DNA from: Candidatus Omnitrophota bacterium
GTDB lineage: Bacteria > Omnitrophota > Gorgyraeia > Zapsychrales > Aceulaceae
Direction of reading: 5' to 3'
Assembly: GCA_029564765.1 (NCBI GenBank)
Contig: JAKQPK010000055.1
Coordinates: forward strand, 5,255 to 69,254
Length of the DNA: 64,000 nucleotides
Shown piece after piece: positions 18,773 to 28,529 of this stretch (positions are counted from its first letter, which is position 1; each line of letters begins with the position of its first letter). The notes under the pieces were generated by a model, which had not been told where the DNA came from, searched no databases, and saw only the letters and a program-made list of their open reading frames with translations. The position numbers were made by a program, and so were the translations under genes.

Positions 18773-19978
18773 ATGAAAAAGATTGGCATTATTACCAGTG
18801 GCGGCGATTGCGGCGGTTTGAACGCGGTCGTTAAGGGTGTCGCCCAGATGGCACACCGCAAAGGCATTGCCTGCTATGTCATCCCTAATGGATACGCAGG
18901 ACTTTACAATTTAGTTGATTTTAACGATCTTGTTGAGCTCTCCCCTGAGCGTGTGGATTCTGTCAATTCGGCATTGGCGGGCTCCGAAGCCGGCCATTCA
19001 AGGGTCAAGATCTCAAAAATAAAAGATGATAAGAAGTACGATCGCATCAAGCAAGGCCTTAAGAAATTTGGTATCGATGGTCTTATCATTAGCGGCGGTG
19101 ACGATACGGGAAGCGTGATCGTCGACTTATCCAATCAGGGTATTAAATGTGTTCACGCGCCGAAAACGATGGATCTGGACCTGCAGACGTATTCTGTTGG
19201 CGCCGATTCGACCATTAGCCGTATCGCGACATTCGCCGAGGACCTTAAAACAACTGGGCGCACGCACAACCGCATCATTGTTATGGAGGTTTTTGGCCGT
19301 TATGCAGGACATACTGCTTTTCGCGGGGGTGTTGCGGCGGACGCGGATGCGATTTTGATCCCCGAGATACCCGTTGATTTTGATGTCTTATATCAACATA
19401 CTAAGAAGCGTTTCATTCGTCGTATCGAACAAAGCGATGTCAAGGCAGGTACTTATTTGATCATTGTTGCTGAAGGGTTAAAAAACTCGAATGGCGAAGA
19501 GCTTGTTGATGAGGCCGCTGGTGTTGACGCGTTTGGTCATAAGAAATTGGCTGGGGCCGGTAAATATGTTTGCCAAGAGCTGTCCAAGCGGTTTAAGCAA
19601 GATGCGGCTGTGAAAGATTTTATGAAGAAAGAAAAAATGTTCGTTGAAGGGCTCTACGATATCCCGGAAGTTCGCTCTGTCGCTCCAGGACATTTGGTCC
19701 GCTGTGGCCGCTCCTCTGCTTACGATGCTAATTTCGGTAAAGAAGCTGGAGCCGCAGCCGTGCTATTGCTGTCTTCTGGAGTTGATGGCGTGACCGTTGT
19801 TGGCATTAATGGTAAAAAGATCCGTTATATGGATACCAAAGAAGCTATTAAGCAACGCCATGTTGACTTGGATGTTGTCACGGTTCATGAAACGATGGGT
19901 ATTTGTTTTGGACGTGAGCGCCAGAGCGTTAATCCTGTTTTCGAGAAAGCGCAAGGACCGATCGAAAGACACTTATAA
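18773..19978 (+). CDS. pfk: 6-phosphofructokinase (ATP- or PPi-dependent PFK family)
   Basis: N-terminus KKIGIITSGGDCGGLNAVVKGV and GGDDTG motifs. Start set at the internal ATG preceded by AAAGGAGAAG, not at the track ORF start. Confidence 0.85.
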   Translation: MKKIGIITSGGDCGGLNAVVKGVAQMAHRKGIACYVIPNGYAGLYNLVDFNDLVELSPERVDSVNSALAGSEAGHSRVKISKIKDDKKYDRIKQGLKKFGIDGLIISGGDDTGSVIVDLSNQGIKCVHAPKTMDLDLQTYSVGADSTISRIATFAEDLKTTGRTHNRIIVMEVFGRYAGHTAFRGGVAADADAILIPEIPVDFDVLYQHTKKRFIRRIEQSDVKAGTYLIIVAEGLKNSNGEELVDEAAGVDAFGHKKLAGAGKYVCQELSKRFKQDAAVKDFMKKEKMFVEGLYDIPEVRSVAPGHLVRCGRSSAYDANFGKEAGAAAVLLLSSGVDGVTVVGINGKKIRYMDTKEAIKQRHVDLDVVTVHETMGICFGRERQSVNPVFEKAQGPIERHL

Positions 19979-19995
19979 GATCAGCTGAAGCAAAG

Positions 19996-20043
19996 CAAAA
20001 AAATAAGCGCTCGAGAAATTCTATCGAGCGCTTATTTATTGAT
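19996..20043. terminator. bidirectional rho-independent terminator between convergent pfk and pilin genes
   Basis: Perfect 14-bp inverted repeat AAATAAGCGCTCGA-gaaattcta-TCGAGCGCTTATTT, flanked by an A-run on one side and a T-run on the other. Confidence 0.65.
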
Positions 20044-20055
20044 AAACTTAAGAAT

Positions 20056-20436
20056 TTAGAAACCTGCCAAGGTACATCCTGATCCAGAACATGAAATAGT
20101 CCCATTGCGTACGATCGTAAGCGTGAACAAGCTCCCCGACCGAACAATAGTTGCGCATGCGCTGGCATCCGAACAGCTCGAAGAAACAGTGGGCATGGCA
20201 AAATATTTTGGCGTTGGGATCGTTACATCCAGGTCTGCAAGAGCGGTTGCAAATGCACTATTTTCAAGAAAATAGCGTTCTTGGGCTGATAATAGCGTCC
20301 CTAAGATGTATGTCCCTTCCGCGGCCTTTGATCTTTCAACCGCACCGGTGTATTTTGGGATAGAAACAGCTGCAAGAACAGCGATAATAATGATAACAAT
20401 GATGACCTCAATTAAGGTGAATCCTTTTTTGATCAT
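20056..20436 (-). CDS. type IV pilin / pseudopilin-like protein (prepilin N-terminal methylation motif)
   Basis: MIKKGFTLIEVIIVIIIIAVLAAV is the class-III signal with G-F-T-L-I-E; 126 aa; C-terminal Cys pair. Confidence 0.8.
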   Translation of the reverse strand: MIKKGFTLIEVIIVIIIIAVLAAVSIPKYTGAVERSKAAEGTYILGTLLSAQERYFLENSAFATALADLDVTIPTPKYFAMPTVSSSCSDASACATIVRSGSLFTLTIVRNGTISCSGSGCTLAGF

Positions 20437-20492
20437 TTTACCCCCTCCTTCTTTTCTAGTACTAAGTATACCATGATTACGAAAGTCAAAAA

Positions 20493-21347
20493 TTATTTAT
20501 CGAGATTTTTTATCGCGTCAGGAATTTTTTCAAGAATGTCGACGGCAGTCATAGGCGCTTTGCCTTTTTCTTTGGCGGCTAAGTCCCCTGCTTTTCCATG
20601 TAGAAAAACTGCGTATTTTGTGGCTGTAAAGGCGTCTATTTTTTGAGCTAAAAAAGAAGCGATCATCCCTGTCAAGACATCCCCGCTACCGGCCGTTGCC
20701 ATGCCCGCATTGCCCGTTGTGTTCACGTAACTCTTTTTATTAGAAGCGATAACAGTGCGATGACCTTTAAGCACAACAATGCAGCTGTGCTGGCGCGCAA
20801 AATTTTCAGCGATGTGCTTGCGTTCAGCGGCATTGTTACTGATAGGTTTTCTGACCAGCCGCCTCATTTCTCCAGGGTGCGGTGTAAGTATTTTGACGTT
20901 CGTTTGTTTTTTTAGGATGATCGATCGTCTGGCGATGGCATTAAGAGCATCAGCATCGATCACAAGAGGGATATCAAAGGAGGCAACGATCTTTAATATC
21001 AATCTTTGAGTCGAGGGATTCTGTGATAATCCTGGACCAAGAGCGATCACAGCATATCGATGAAGTTCTTTTTTAAGAGCGAAATATGCATTGACGGACA
21101 ATGTTTGCTCTTTTGTTTGGGCTAGCGGCAGAGTCATAATAACAGGTGAGATCTTTTTTTGAGCCGCAAGATTAAGTTCTTTGGGGATCCCGAGGGTAAC
21201 AAGGCCAGCTCCTGCGCGCATGGCTGCCTGACAGGTTAATGCGGCAGCCCCTAACATGCGAGCGCTTCCGGCCAGGATGAGCACATGGCCGAAATCATTC
21301 TTGTGTTGGCAGGGGTTATGTCGTGATAATGGCGCTGGCAACTGCAT
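20493..21347 (-). CDS. nnr: ADP-dependent (S)-NAD(P)H-hydrate dehydratase (YjeF C-terminal domain)
   Basis: GHVLILAGSARMLGAAALTCQAAMRAGAGLVTLGIP carbohydrate-kinase-like motif. Start placed at the internal Met to limit overlap with acpS; exact start uncertain. Confidence 0.75.
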   Translation of the reverse strand: MQLPAPLSRHNPCQHKNDFGHVLILAGSARMLGAAALTCQAAMRAGAGLVTLGIPKELNLAAQKKISPVIMTLPLAQTKEQTLSVNAYFALKKELHRYAVIALGPGLSQNPSTQRLILKIVASFDIPLVIDADALNAIARRSIILKKQTNVKILTPHPGEMRRLVRKPISNNAAERKHIAENFARQHSCIVVLKGHRTVIASNKKSYVNTTGNAGMATAGSGDVLTGMIASFLAQKIDAFTATKYAVFLHGKAGDLAAKEKGKAPMTAVDILEKIPDAIKNLDK

Positions 21348-21666
21348 ATTGTTTTGTGTGGGACATTGATAGAAGGATCTTTTGTCTGAAATCCTTTTTG
21401 TGGAATATGCAGGATGGTTTTCCGTTGTGCTGGTTGATGATCTCGATATCCTTCCATCCGACATCAGAATTTTCCCCTAAGGCTTTTAAAACCGCTTCTT
21501 TTGCGGCGAACCGCGCCGCAAAATGCTGGTCCGGAAATCGGCGTTTTCGCGCATAAGCGATCTCTTGGTCCGTGAAGACGTGCCTGAGAAAATCATCACC
21601 CCAGCGTTCGACCGCTTTAGCGATGCGTTCCACTTCAATGATATCTATTCCCTGTCCAAGGATCAT
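21316..21666 (-). CDS. acpS: holo-[acyl-carrier-protein] synthase
   Basis: 116 aa; MILGQGIDIIEVERI...FAAKEAVLKALG is an AcpS signature. Confidence 0.85.
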   Translation of the reverse strand: MILGQGIDIIEVERIAKAVERWGDDFLRHVFTDQEIAYARKRRFPDQHFAARFAAKEAVLKALGENSDVGWKDIEIINQHNGKPSCIFHKKDFRQKILLSMSHTKQYAVASAIITT

Positions 21667-22382
21667 TTGTTTCCAGTGATTGTTAACATTTGTTGAGTTG
21701 CCTTTGGCAAGCCGACAAAAAGCGCGCGGGCGATGATCGCGTGGCCAATATTTAATTCTTCGATCCCTTTGATAGACGCGATCGCGCGTGTATTGGTGTA
21801 GTTGAGCCCGTGGCCGGCATTGACGATGAGCTTAAGCGCGTTGCCTAATGTGACGGCGTTGCGAATACGTTCCAGCTCACGGCGTATTTGTGTTTTTGTT
21901 TTTGCGTTGGCATAGCAACCCGTGTGCAATTCGATACTGTGCGCGCCGGTTTCTTTAGATCGTAAGATCTGTTTTTCTTCAGGAGCAATAAAAAGGCTTA
22001 CGCAAATACCACGGGCGGATAACGCCGCAACTGTTTTTTTGATCTCAGTGAAATTCTTAACGACGTCGAGACCGCCTTCTGTCGTGATCTCTTGCCGTTT
22101 CTCTGGGACCAGTGTCGCTTGGTCAGGCTTGATGCGGCACGCGATCTCAACGATCGCGGGGTGGATCGACATTTCAAGGTTGAAGCGTGTGCGTACGGTT
22201 TTTTTTAACGCAGAGACATCTTTATCGTTGATATGACGCCTGTCTTCACGTAAATGGGCGACGATACTGTGAGCTCCAGCTTTTTCGCAAGCAATAGCCG
22301 CATCGACAGGGTTTGGATATATGTCTCGACGGGCTTGACGCACTGTTGCGACATGGTCAATATTGACACCGAGTTTTGGCAT
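21663..22382 (-). CDS. pdxJ: pyridoxine 5'-phosphate synthase
   Basis: MPKLGVNIDHVATVRQARR... PdxJ N-terminus; start set at the internal Met. Confidence 0.9.
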   Translation of the reverse strand: MPKLGVNIDHVATVRQARRDIYPNPVDAAIACEKAGAHSIVAHLREDRRHINDKDVSALKKTVRTRFNLEMSIHPAIVEIACRIKPDQATLVPEKRQEITTEGGLDVVKNFTEIKKTVAALSARGICVSLFIAPEEKQILRSKETGAHSIELHTGCYANAKTKTQIRRELERIRNAVTLGNALKLIVNAGHGLNYTNTRAIASIKGIEELNIGHAIIARALFVGLPKATQQMLTITGNK

Positions 22383-22503
22383 AGAAAATATTTTATGGGT
22401 AGTATGCCAGCAGGATCTCTTGCACATAGAGCCAGGTGATAATCGCAAGCCCTAAGGCAATGATCTTTAGCATGAGGTTATGTGTGAGCCATCCACGTAT
22501 CAT

Positions 22504-23271
22504 TTATTTCTGCCTTATCAAGAAATTCTTAAGAGTCGCAAGGAAGCGTTCTTTATTGACAACAGGGATGAACCGTCCTTCGGTCGCGATCGAGATGTTG
22601 CCCGTTTCTTCAGAAACCATGACCACGATCGCATCGGTCTGTTCGCTCAAGCCTAAGGCTGCCCGATGACGTGTGCCGATGATCTTGCTGAGATTGATGT
22701 TTTCGGATAGCGGAAAAAGACATGCCGCTGCCAAGATGCGGTCGTTACGTATGATGATGCCTCCATCATGCAGCGGCGACGTTGTCACGAAGATGCTTTG
22801 GATCAGCTCGGAAGAGACCTTTCCATCTATGGCCACGCCACTGTCGATGTATGTTTTTAATTTTGTTTCTCTTTCGAGAGCGATCAGGCAACCGATCTTG
22901 CGCTGCGCGAGCTTATAAACAGAAGCGGACATTTCATCAAGCATGGCAACAACCTCAGATTCTTCAAGGCTCGCGCTGAACAGATGTTGTTGGCCTAAGC
23001 GGGCAAGTCCGTGACGGATCTCTTGCTGAAAAAGGATGAGGAACCCTAAGATGGACATTCCCAGGAGGTTTCGCAATAACCAGTTGATCGTTTCAAGCCC
23101 CAAGAGCTGAAAGATCAAGAATCCCGCGAGAAGATAAATAAGACCTTTGAGAACTTGAAAAGCCCTCGTGCCTTCAAAAAAAACAAGGACCTGGTAGAAA
23201 ACGAACCACAAGATCAGGATCTCAGCGATCGGTTTTATGAGAATAGCGATAATAGCCAGCGGAGATGTCAT
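22504..23271 (-). CDS. cdaA: diadenylate cyclase (c-di-AMP synthase), membrane-anchored
   Basis: Three N-terminal TM helices plus a DAC domain (DGGIIIRNDRI ... RHRAALGLSEQTDAIVVMVSEETGNISIA). Confidence 0.85.
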   Translation of the reverse strand: MTSPLAIIAILIKPIAEILILWFVFYQVLVFFEGTRAFQVLKGLIYLLAGFLIFQLLGLETINWLLRNLLGMSILGFLILFQQEIRHGLARLGQQHLFSASLEESEVVAMLDEMSASVYKLAQRKIGCLIALERETKLKTYIDSGVAIDGKVSSELIQSIFVTTSPLHDGGIIIRNDRILAAACLFPLSENINLSKIIGTRHRAALGLSEQTDAIVVMVSEETGNISIATEGRFIPVVNKERFLATLKNFLIRQK

Positions 23272-24191
23272 TATTGATTCCGGAAATTTTTAGGTTTTGT
23301 GATCGCGTCTGCTACTCGCGCAACATCACGCATAGAAGCAATGTCATGGACACGGATGATATGTGCTCCTGACAAGATCGCGCTGCTGACCGTCGCTGCT
23401 GTCCCCCATGTTCTTTTTTGTGGGTCCGTATGCCCAAGGACCTTTCCGATAAAAGATTTACGGGAGGTTCCGATCAGTATCGGTAAGCGCAAAGACGAGA
23501 ATTTTCTTAAATGCTTTAGAATGATTAAATTATGCTCTGTCGTTTTGCAGAAACCAATACCAGGATCAATAATTATTCTATCTGAATTAATCCCGCTTTC
23601 CAAGCATTTTTGCACAGATTTTCGCAATTCATCAATAATTTCTACGATAAGATTACCGTAGTGAATATGCTGTTGCATTGTGCGCGGCGTGTTGCGCATG
23701 TGCATGAGAACGACTGCAACATTTGTTCTCTTAAGGATGTCCAACATCTTTTTGTTGATGGAGGTCCCTTGGATCATGTTGACAATGGAAGCCCCTGCAT
23801 CGATCGCTTGCCGCGCCACTAATGGTTTGTAAGTGTCGATAGAGATAGGAATTGCTGTTTTCTTTGCGAGAAGGCGGATAAGAGGGATCACCCGCTGCAG
23901 CTCCTGTTCGATGGTAACGGTTTGAGCTCCTGGCCGCGTTGACTCTCCCCCAACGTCAATGATATCAGCACCTTGCTTGATCAGTTTTAAAGCGTGCGCA
24001 AGATGCGCGCGAGGGTCGTTGGATCCTTTACGCAAGAGACCATCGTGACTGAAAGAATCCGGAGTGACATTCACGATCCCCATCAGAAGGGTTTTTTTGC
24101 CTAACGACAGAGTAGTATCGCGAGCTCTAAGGTTAAAACATCGGCGGGCGTGATCGAGGGTTCTGTTGACGATCTTTCGGGAAGCTGTCAT
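23271..24191 (-). CDS. folP: dihydropteroate synthase
   Basis: GIVNVTPDSFSHDG pterin-binding motif; 306 aa. Confidence 0.85.
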   Translation of the reverse strand: MTASRKIVNRTLDHARRCFNLRARDTTLSLGKKTLLMGIVNVTPDSFSHDGLLRKGSNDPRAHLAHALKLIKQGADIIDVGGESTRPGAQTVTIEQELQRVIPLIRLLAKKTAIPISIDTYKPLVARQAIDAGASIVNMIQGTSINKKMLDILKRTNVAVVLMHMRNTPRTMQQHIHYGNLIVEIIDELRKSVQKCLESGINSDRIIIDPGIGFCKTTEHNLIILKHLRKFSSLRLPILIGTSRKSFIGKVLGHTDPQKRTWGTAATVSSAILSGAHIIRVHDIASMRDVARVADAITKPKNFRNQ

Positions 24192-24206
24192 GATTTTCCC
24201 CGAGAT

Positions 24207-26135
24207 CTATGCTGAAGGGTTTGTATGGCTTGCGGATCGTTGTTCAGCAGCTATGGGCATGCCAAGAAGGATTCTAGCTTCTTCAACATCAAGAATCTCT
24301 TTTTCTTTTAATTTTGCTACGATGATCTCAACCTTTTCACGGTTTTCATCTAGGAGTTTTTTTGCGCGATGATAGGAATCATCGATAAAGAACCGGATCT
24401 CGTCATCGATCGCTTTAGCGGTTGCTTCGCTATAATTTTTTTGCTCGACCATATCTCGACCGAGGAAAAGCTGGTTATGATGATTGCCGAGGGTGAGCGT
24501 TCCGAGTTTTTCACTCATGCCAAACTCACAGATCATGGCACGGGCGATCCCGGTTGCCTGCTCCAGATCGCTTTGCGCGCCGGTCGTAATATCACTGAGA
24601 AAGATCTCTTCGCTGGCCCTTCCTCCTAATGCGATAACGATCTTCGCGAGCAGTTCTTTGCGGCTCCAATTTTGCTTATCTTCCAGTGGCGGAGTGATCG
24701 TATATCCTCCAGCCATGCCGCGCGGGATGATCGAAACTTTTGTGAAGGGGTCAGCCCCTTCTACCAGTAGTGATAAGATAGCGTGCCCTGCTTCATGATA
24801 TGCGGTGATCTCTTTTTCGCGCTTGGAAACGATCCGACTTTTCTTTTCAGGGCCCATGGTCACGCGTTCGATGGCAGCTTGCATTTCTTCATATTCCACA
24901 AAGTCTTTATTTTTTCTGGCTGCTAAAAGTGCGGCCTCATTACACGCGTTCGCCAGGTCAGCGCCTGAAAAATAGACTGTCTGCTGGGCAATGCGCTTAA
25001 GATCCACATTAGGGCCAAGCTTAATGTTGCGGGTATGGACTTTGAGGATTTCTTCGCGTCCGATGATATCTGGGAGCGGAACAACGACTTGACGGTCAAA
25101 GCGTCCCGGCCGCAACAATGCCGGATCAAGTGTATCCGGTCGATTCGTGGCCGCCATGACGATCAGCCCTCCATGTGTGTCAAATCCGTCCATTTCCACA
25201 AGCAGTGCATTTAATGTCTGTTCGCGCTCATCGTGGCCTCCTCCGATTCCTGAAAAACGAAGGCGACCGACCGCGTCGATTTCATCAATAAAGATAATAC
25301 ATCCTTTGCCGGATGTTTTTGATGCTTTGCGCGCTTGCTCAAAAAGATCGCGTACGCGGGAGGCACCCACGCCAACGAACATTTCAACGAAATCCGATCC
25401 GCTCAAAGAAAAGAAAGGGACATCTGCTTCCCCAGCAACCGCTTTGGCAAGGAGTGTTTTTCCCGTTCCCGGCCGTCCGATCAACAAGACTCCTTTTGGG
25501 ATCTTTCCGCCAAGGCGTTCGAACTTCTTCGGGTCTTTTAAGAATTGAATGATCTCCTGCAGCTCTTCTTTCGCTTCATCGACACCGGCCACATCATTAA
25601 AAGTGATCTTTGGGTTCTTGTCATCATTAATGCGGGCTCTTGATTTACCAAACGACCAAAGGCGGTTTCCCATCTGCGCTCCCCGGTTTGATAGAAACCA
25701 GAAGAAGATGATCAGGATCAATATGGGCCCGATAGAAAATATGAGACTTGACCAGAACGTGTTCGCGATCGTAACCTTAAAATTAGATACATTCTGGCGA
25801 ATGAGGTCGAGCAATGCTTTATCATCCGCAGGGATAGTGACACGAAACCGAGAGCCGTCTTTCAGGGTTCCCTCGAGTTGGTTATCGGTCATGGTCAAGG
25901 ACTGGACCGTTTCTGCTTTTTGGCTATCTTTGACCAAAGCATAAAATTCGCTATAAGCGAGCTCTTTTGATGCGGTGACGCCGTTGTTCATGTTGGTCTG
26001 GCTGAACAACATCATAGCCAAGAAAATAAGCCCGATCCAGAGCCAGAAACTATTAGGCCGGTCTTTGCGTGTTGGCGGACGCTTGAGCGCTTTTTTGTTC
26101 TTTGCTTTGTATTCTTGCTTGTTGTTATTTTCCAT
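24207..26135 (-). CDS. ftsH: ATP-dependent zinc metalloprotease FtsH
   Basis: 642 aa; AAA Walker A and B motifs, SRH, HEAGHA zinc site, N-terminal TM and periplasmic domain. Confidence 0.95.
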   Translation of the reverse strand: MENNNKQEYKAKNKKALKRPPTRKDRPNSFWLWIGLIFLAMMLFSQTNMNNGVTASKELAYSEFYALVKDSQKAETVQSLTMTDNQLEGTLKDGSRFRVTIPADDKALLDLIRQNVSNFKVTIANTFWSSLIFSIGPILILIIFFWFLSNRGAQMGNRLWSFGKSRARINDDKNPKITFNDVAGVDEAKEELQEIIQFLKDPKKFERLGGKIPKGVLLIGRPGTGKTLLAKAVAGEADVPFFSLSGSDFVEMFVGVGASRVRDLFEQARKASKTSGKGCIIFIDEIDAVGRLRFSGIGGGHDEREQTLNALLVEMDGFDTHGGLIVMAATNRPDTLDPALLRPGRFDRQVVVPLPDIIGREEILKVHTRNIKLGPNVDLKRIAQQTVYFSGADLANACNEAALLAARKNKDFVEYEEMQAAIERVTMGPEKKSRIVSKREKEITAYHEAGHAILSLLVEGADPFTKVSIIPRGMAGGYTITPPLEDKQNWSRKELLAKIVIALGGRASEEIFLSDITTGAQSDLEQATGIARAMICEFGMSEKLGTLTLGNHHNQLFLGRDMVEQKNYSEATAKAIDDEIRFFIDDSYHRAKKLLDENREKVEIIVAKLKEKEILDVEEARILLGMPIAAEQRSASHTNPSA

Positions 26136-26206
26136 GAGATCTCTATAGGTTAAATGTGAGGATATTATATCGTTTTTTTTGTTTTAATCAATGGTCTTGT
26201 TGTTTA

Positions 26207-27193
26207 TCATTTTGCGAAGATGACGCGGTTTTGCTCTTTGATCACGCGCATGTTGTTGGGCAAGTGGGCGATTGATCGAGATGGACGCCGGTTGATCAGA
26301 TCGATCACCTCATCAATATGTGCTGTCGTGAGCTTGCGCGTATGCCCAAGAAGTTTTTCTATGGCTAGGCGAATGACTTCTGATAAAAGGGCTTGATGAA
26401 AGTTTTTGAGCGATCGTAGATCGATCGCGATGCTTGTTTTTTTGCGGCCTCGCGACAAGGAAGCATTTTCAAGGGCATGCAGGCCTTCTTGGTGGATATA
26501 ATCATACATGCAATTGAGATGTTGTGAGAAGTTCGCCAGCGTATTCACGATCTGCGGATTGTATTCGCTCTTGATCAGCGGAAGAAGATGCAGGCGGATC
26601 TTGTTGCGCAGGAATTTTGTGTTTCTATTAGATGCGTCTTGAAACGATCGGATATTGTTTATTTTCAAGAATTCTTCGATTTCTTGGCGGGTAGAGGTCA
26701 GGAGCGGGCGAACCACCTTTTGCCCGTAAAGGATCCTTGATGGCAGAATGCCGCGAGCCCCATCGACCCCTGTTCCTCTCAAAAATCGCATTAAAACGGT
26801 CTCGGCGAGATCATCTTGGTGATGTCCAAGCGCAATGACTTGAGATCTTGTTCGTCGTGCGACAGAACATAAAAATTTTAGCCGCTCTTCCCTGGCTTTT
26901 TCTTCGAGAGATCTTTTTGTGTCCTTGATCTTAATATTTTTTGTAAAGAAAGGCAGGTTAAATTTTTTGGCGGCTTGCCGCACATATTTTTGTTCATGAA
27001 CGGCACGGCTTCTTAATCCATGATTAAGATGGGCAACAATCATTTTTATCCCAAAAGATATCTGGAACTCACTGAGGATGTACAAAAGGGCCATAGAATC
27101 TGGCCCGCCGGAGACACCAACGACGACCTTGTTTCCTGGGGAAAAAAGTTGTTGCGCTAAACAAAAGCGGGTGATTTTTTCAAGGAATTTCAT
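26207..27193 (-). CDS. tilS: tRNA(Ile)-lysidine synthase
   Basis: PP-loop motif VGVSGGPDSMAL; 328 aa. Confidence 0.9.
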   Translation of the reverse strand: MKFLEKITRFCLAQQLFSPGNKVVVGVSGGPDSMALLYILSEFQISFGIKMIVAHLNHGLRSRAVHEQKYVRQAAKKFNLPFFTKNIKIKDTKRSLEEKAREERLKFLCSVARRTRSQVIALGHHQDDLAETVLMRFLRGTGVDGARGILPSRILYGQKVVRPLLTSTRQEIEEFLKINNIRSFQDASNRNTKFLRNKIRLHLLPLIKSEYNPQIVNTLANFSQHLNCMYDYIHQEGLHALENASLSRGRKKTSIAIDLRSLKNFHQALLSEVIRLAIEKLLGHTRKLTTAHIDEVIDLINRRPSRSIAHLPNNMRVIKEQNRVIFAK

Positions 27194-27292
27194 GGATCAT
27201 TTGAACTCATTAAACCATCGTCTACCAAAGATGGCGATGAGGGTTAATAAAAGGATGATAGCTATCAGAGCAAGCCAATCCTGCAGCATGAG

Positions 27293-27832
27293 TTAATTTC
27301 CTTGGAGGCCACGTTTTTCTTTTTTTGCTTCCAAGTAGGCGGCGCGAAGTTCGTTTTTGTATTTCGTGTTAGGCGGTGTGATGGTAAGATTCGAAAAGCC
27401 TTGCCGAAGGATTTCCGCGTTCACAAAGGTCCCGTCTTTTAAGAAGATATAGCCAAGGATGTATCCTTGTCGATCGCGATAAAGGGCATCGAATTCCAAA
27501 AGGATGTCTTGGCCGGTTAGCATTTCGCGCAATGTATCGTAGACGATCTCTTCAAAAGAAATGATAGGGTCTTCTTTTTCGATAATAATATTGTATTCAT
27601 TGCGAGGGACTTCTTTTGTCCTTGGACGCTCAACAGGGACCAAACCGATCATGCGGATCTTCCGCCCGTCAACAAGGCGGACCGTCGCAGAATCTATAAG
27701 CGATTCGATGCGGGCCTGCTCTTTGCTGGCAGAGCCTGTTATAAGGGTTCGGTTCTGGGCGTAGACATAAAGATTCGCCGTTGCAAGGACGAGATGAAGC
27801 GTGATTAAGGTAAGGAGTGTTTTTTTATACAT
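27293..27832 (-). CDS. secreted staphylococcal-nuclease-like (thermonuclease/SNase) protein
   Basis: Signal peptide; VRLVDGRKIRMIGLVPVE and YRDRQGYILGYIFLKDG...NAEILRQGFS match SNase catalytic-core patterns. Confidence 0.55.
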   Translation of the reverse strand: MYKKTLLTLITLHLVLATANLYVYAQNRTLITGSASKEQARIESLIDSATVRLVDGRKIRMIGLVPVERPRTKEVPRNEYNIIIEKEDPIISFEEIVYDTLREMLTGQDILLEFDALYRDRQGYILGYIFLKDGTFVNAEILRQGFSNLTITPPNTKYKNELRAAYLEAKKEKRGLQGN

Positions 27833-27849
27833 CAGTAAAAGCCTTTTGT

Positions 27850-28416
27850 CTAGCGAATAGCTTTTTCGAAGTCTTCGATCTGCTGCAAGATTTTTTGCTT
27901 GTTTTCTCGGGTTTTCTTTAAGCGTTCTTCAGATTTATTGACCAAATCATCTAAGCGTTGTTGCTGGCTTTGCATATTTGTTTTTGCCTTTTCGAATTCA
28001 TCATCAAAGCTTTTTTGTAGATCTTCTAGTTTCTTCTTTTCTTGATCGAGGTTTTCTTGAGCGTGCTTGACCTTGCGCTTTGCCCGTTCAATACGCTCTT
28101 GAAGCTTGTTTTTTTCTTGGTCTATTCTTCCATCTTTATCCTTGATAAAGTCATTTAATCTTTCTTCTGCTTTTTTTACGTCTTCCCTGGCTTTTTCTTC
28201 TTTGAGCCTTGCTTCGCTGAGTTTTTCGATATGCTTATCAAGTTCTTTTTTTTGATCAGATGTTAGCTTTTTTTGTTGCAGGCGCCACAGGGATAGATCT
28301 TCGTTGATGTTCTTGTCATAAAATGTTTTTTTAGCATCTTGGGCGCTCGCGCGGGAAGCGCACAAGGCCAAAATGATCACAGCGGAGAAAAGAAAAGATA
28401 TGCGTGCAGAGTTCAT
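27850..28416 (-). CDS. secreted K/E/Q-rich coiled-coil protein
   Basis: 188 aa; signal peptide, then a continuous heptad-like charged sequence (…EEKAREDVKKAEERL…QERIERAKRKVKHAQENLDQEKKKLEDLQ…). Confidence 0.5.
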   Translation of the reverse strand: MNSARISFLFSAVIILALCASRASAQDAKKTFYDKNINEDLSLWRLQQKKLTSDQKKELDKHIEKLSEARLKEEKAREDVKKAEERLNDFIKDKDGRIDQEKNKLQERIERAKRKVKHAQENLDQEKKKLEDLQKSFDDEFEKAKTNMQSQQQRLDDLVNKSEERLKKTRENKQKILQQIEDFEKAIR

Positions 28417-28529
28417 AGTTTTATGGTGGCGCGATCATGCACCACATAAGAATCGATCTCTTAAAAGAACCTCCAATAATCGAGGCCAATATACCATCAA
28501 TGCCACCACCCAAAGTGATCTTAGAAAAC

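Noticed and set aside
20493-21666. 150-bp overlap between the track ORFs for nnr and acpS, suggesting a fusion or frameshift
   Set aside because: The overlap comes from an N-terminal extension of the nnr ORF with a low-complexity, non-conserved sequence (MSDGRISRSSTSTTENH…). Starting nnr at the internal Met (21347) leaves only a short overlap typical of coupled genes; no evidence of a pseudogene.
22504-26135. cdaA–folP–ftsH cluster as a possible novel signalling locus
   Set aside because: This arrangement (ftsH–folP–cdaA with neighbouring tilS) is widespread and well known; the DAC domain is canonical. Ordinary.
27850-28416. Calling the 188-aa secreted coiled-coil protein an OmpH/Skp chaperone
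   Set aside because: It has the Skp-like size, signal peptide and K/E/Q-rich coiled coil, but lacks the N- and C-terminal beta-strand segments that form the Skp trimer body. Left as an unassigned coiled-coil protein.
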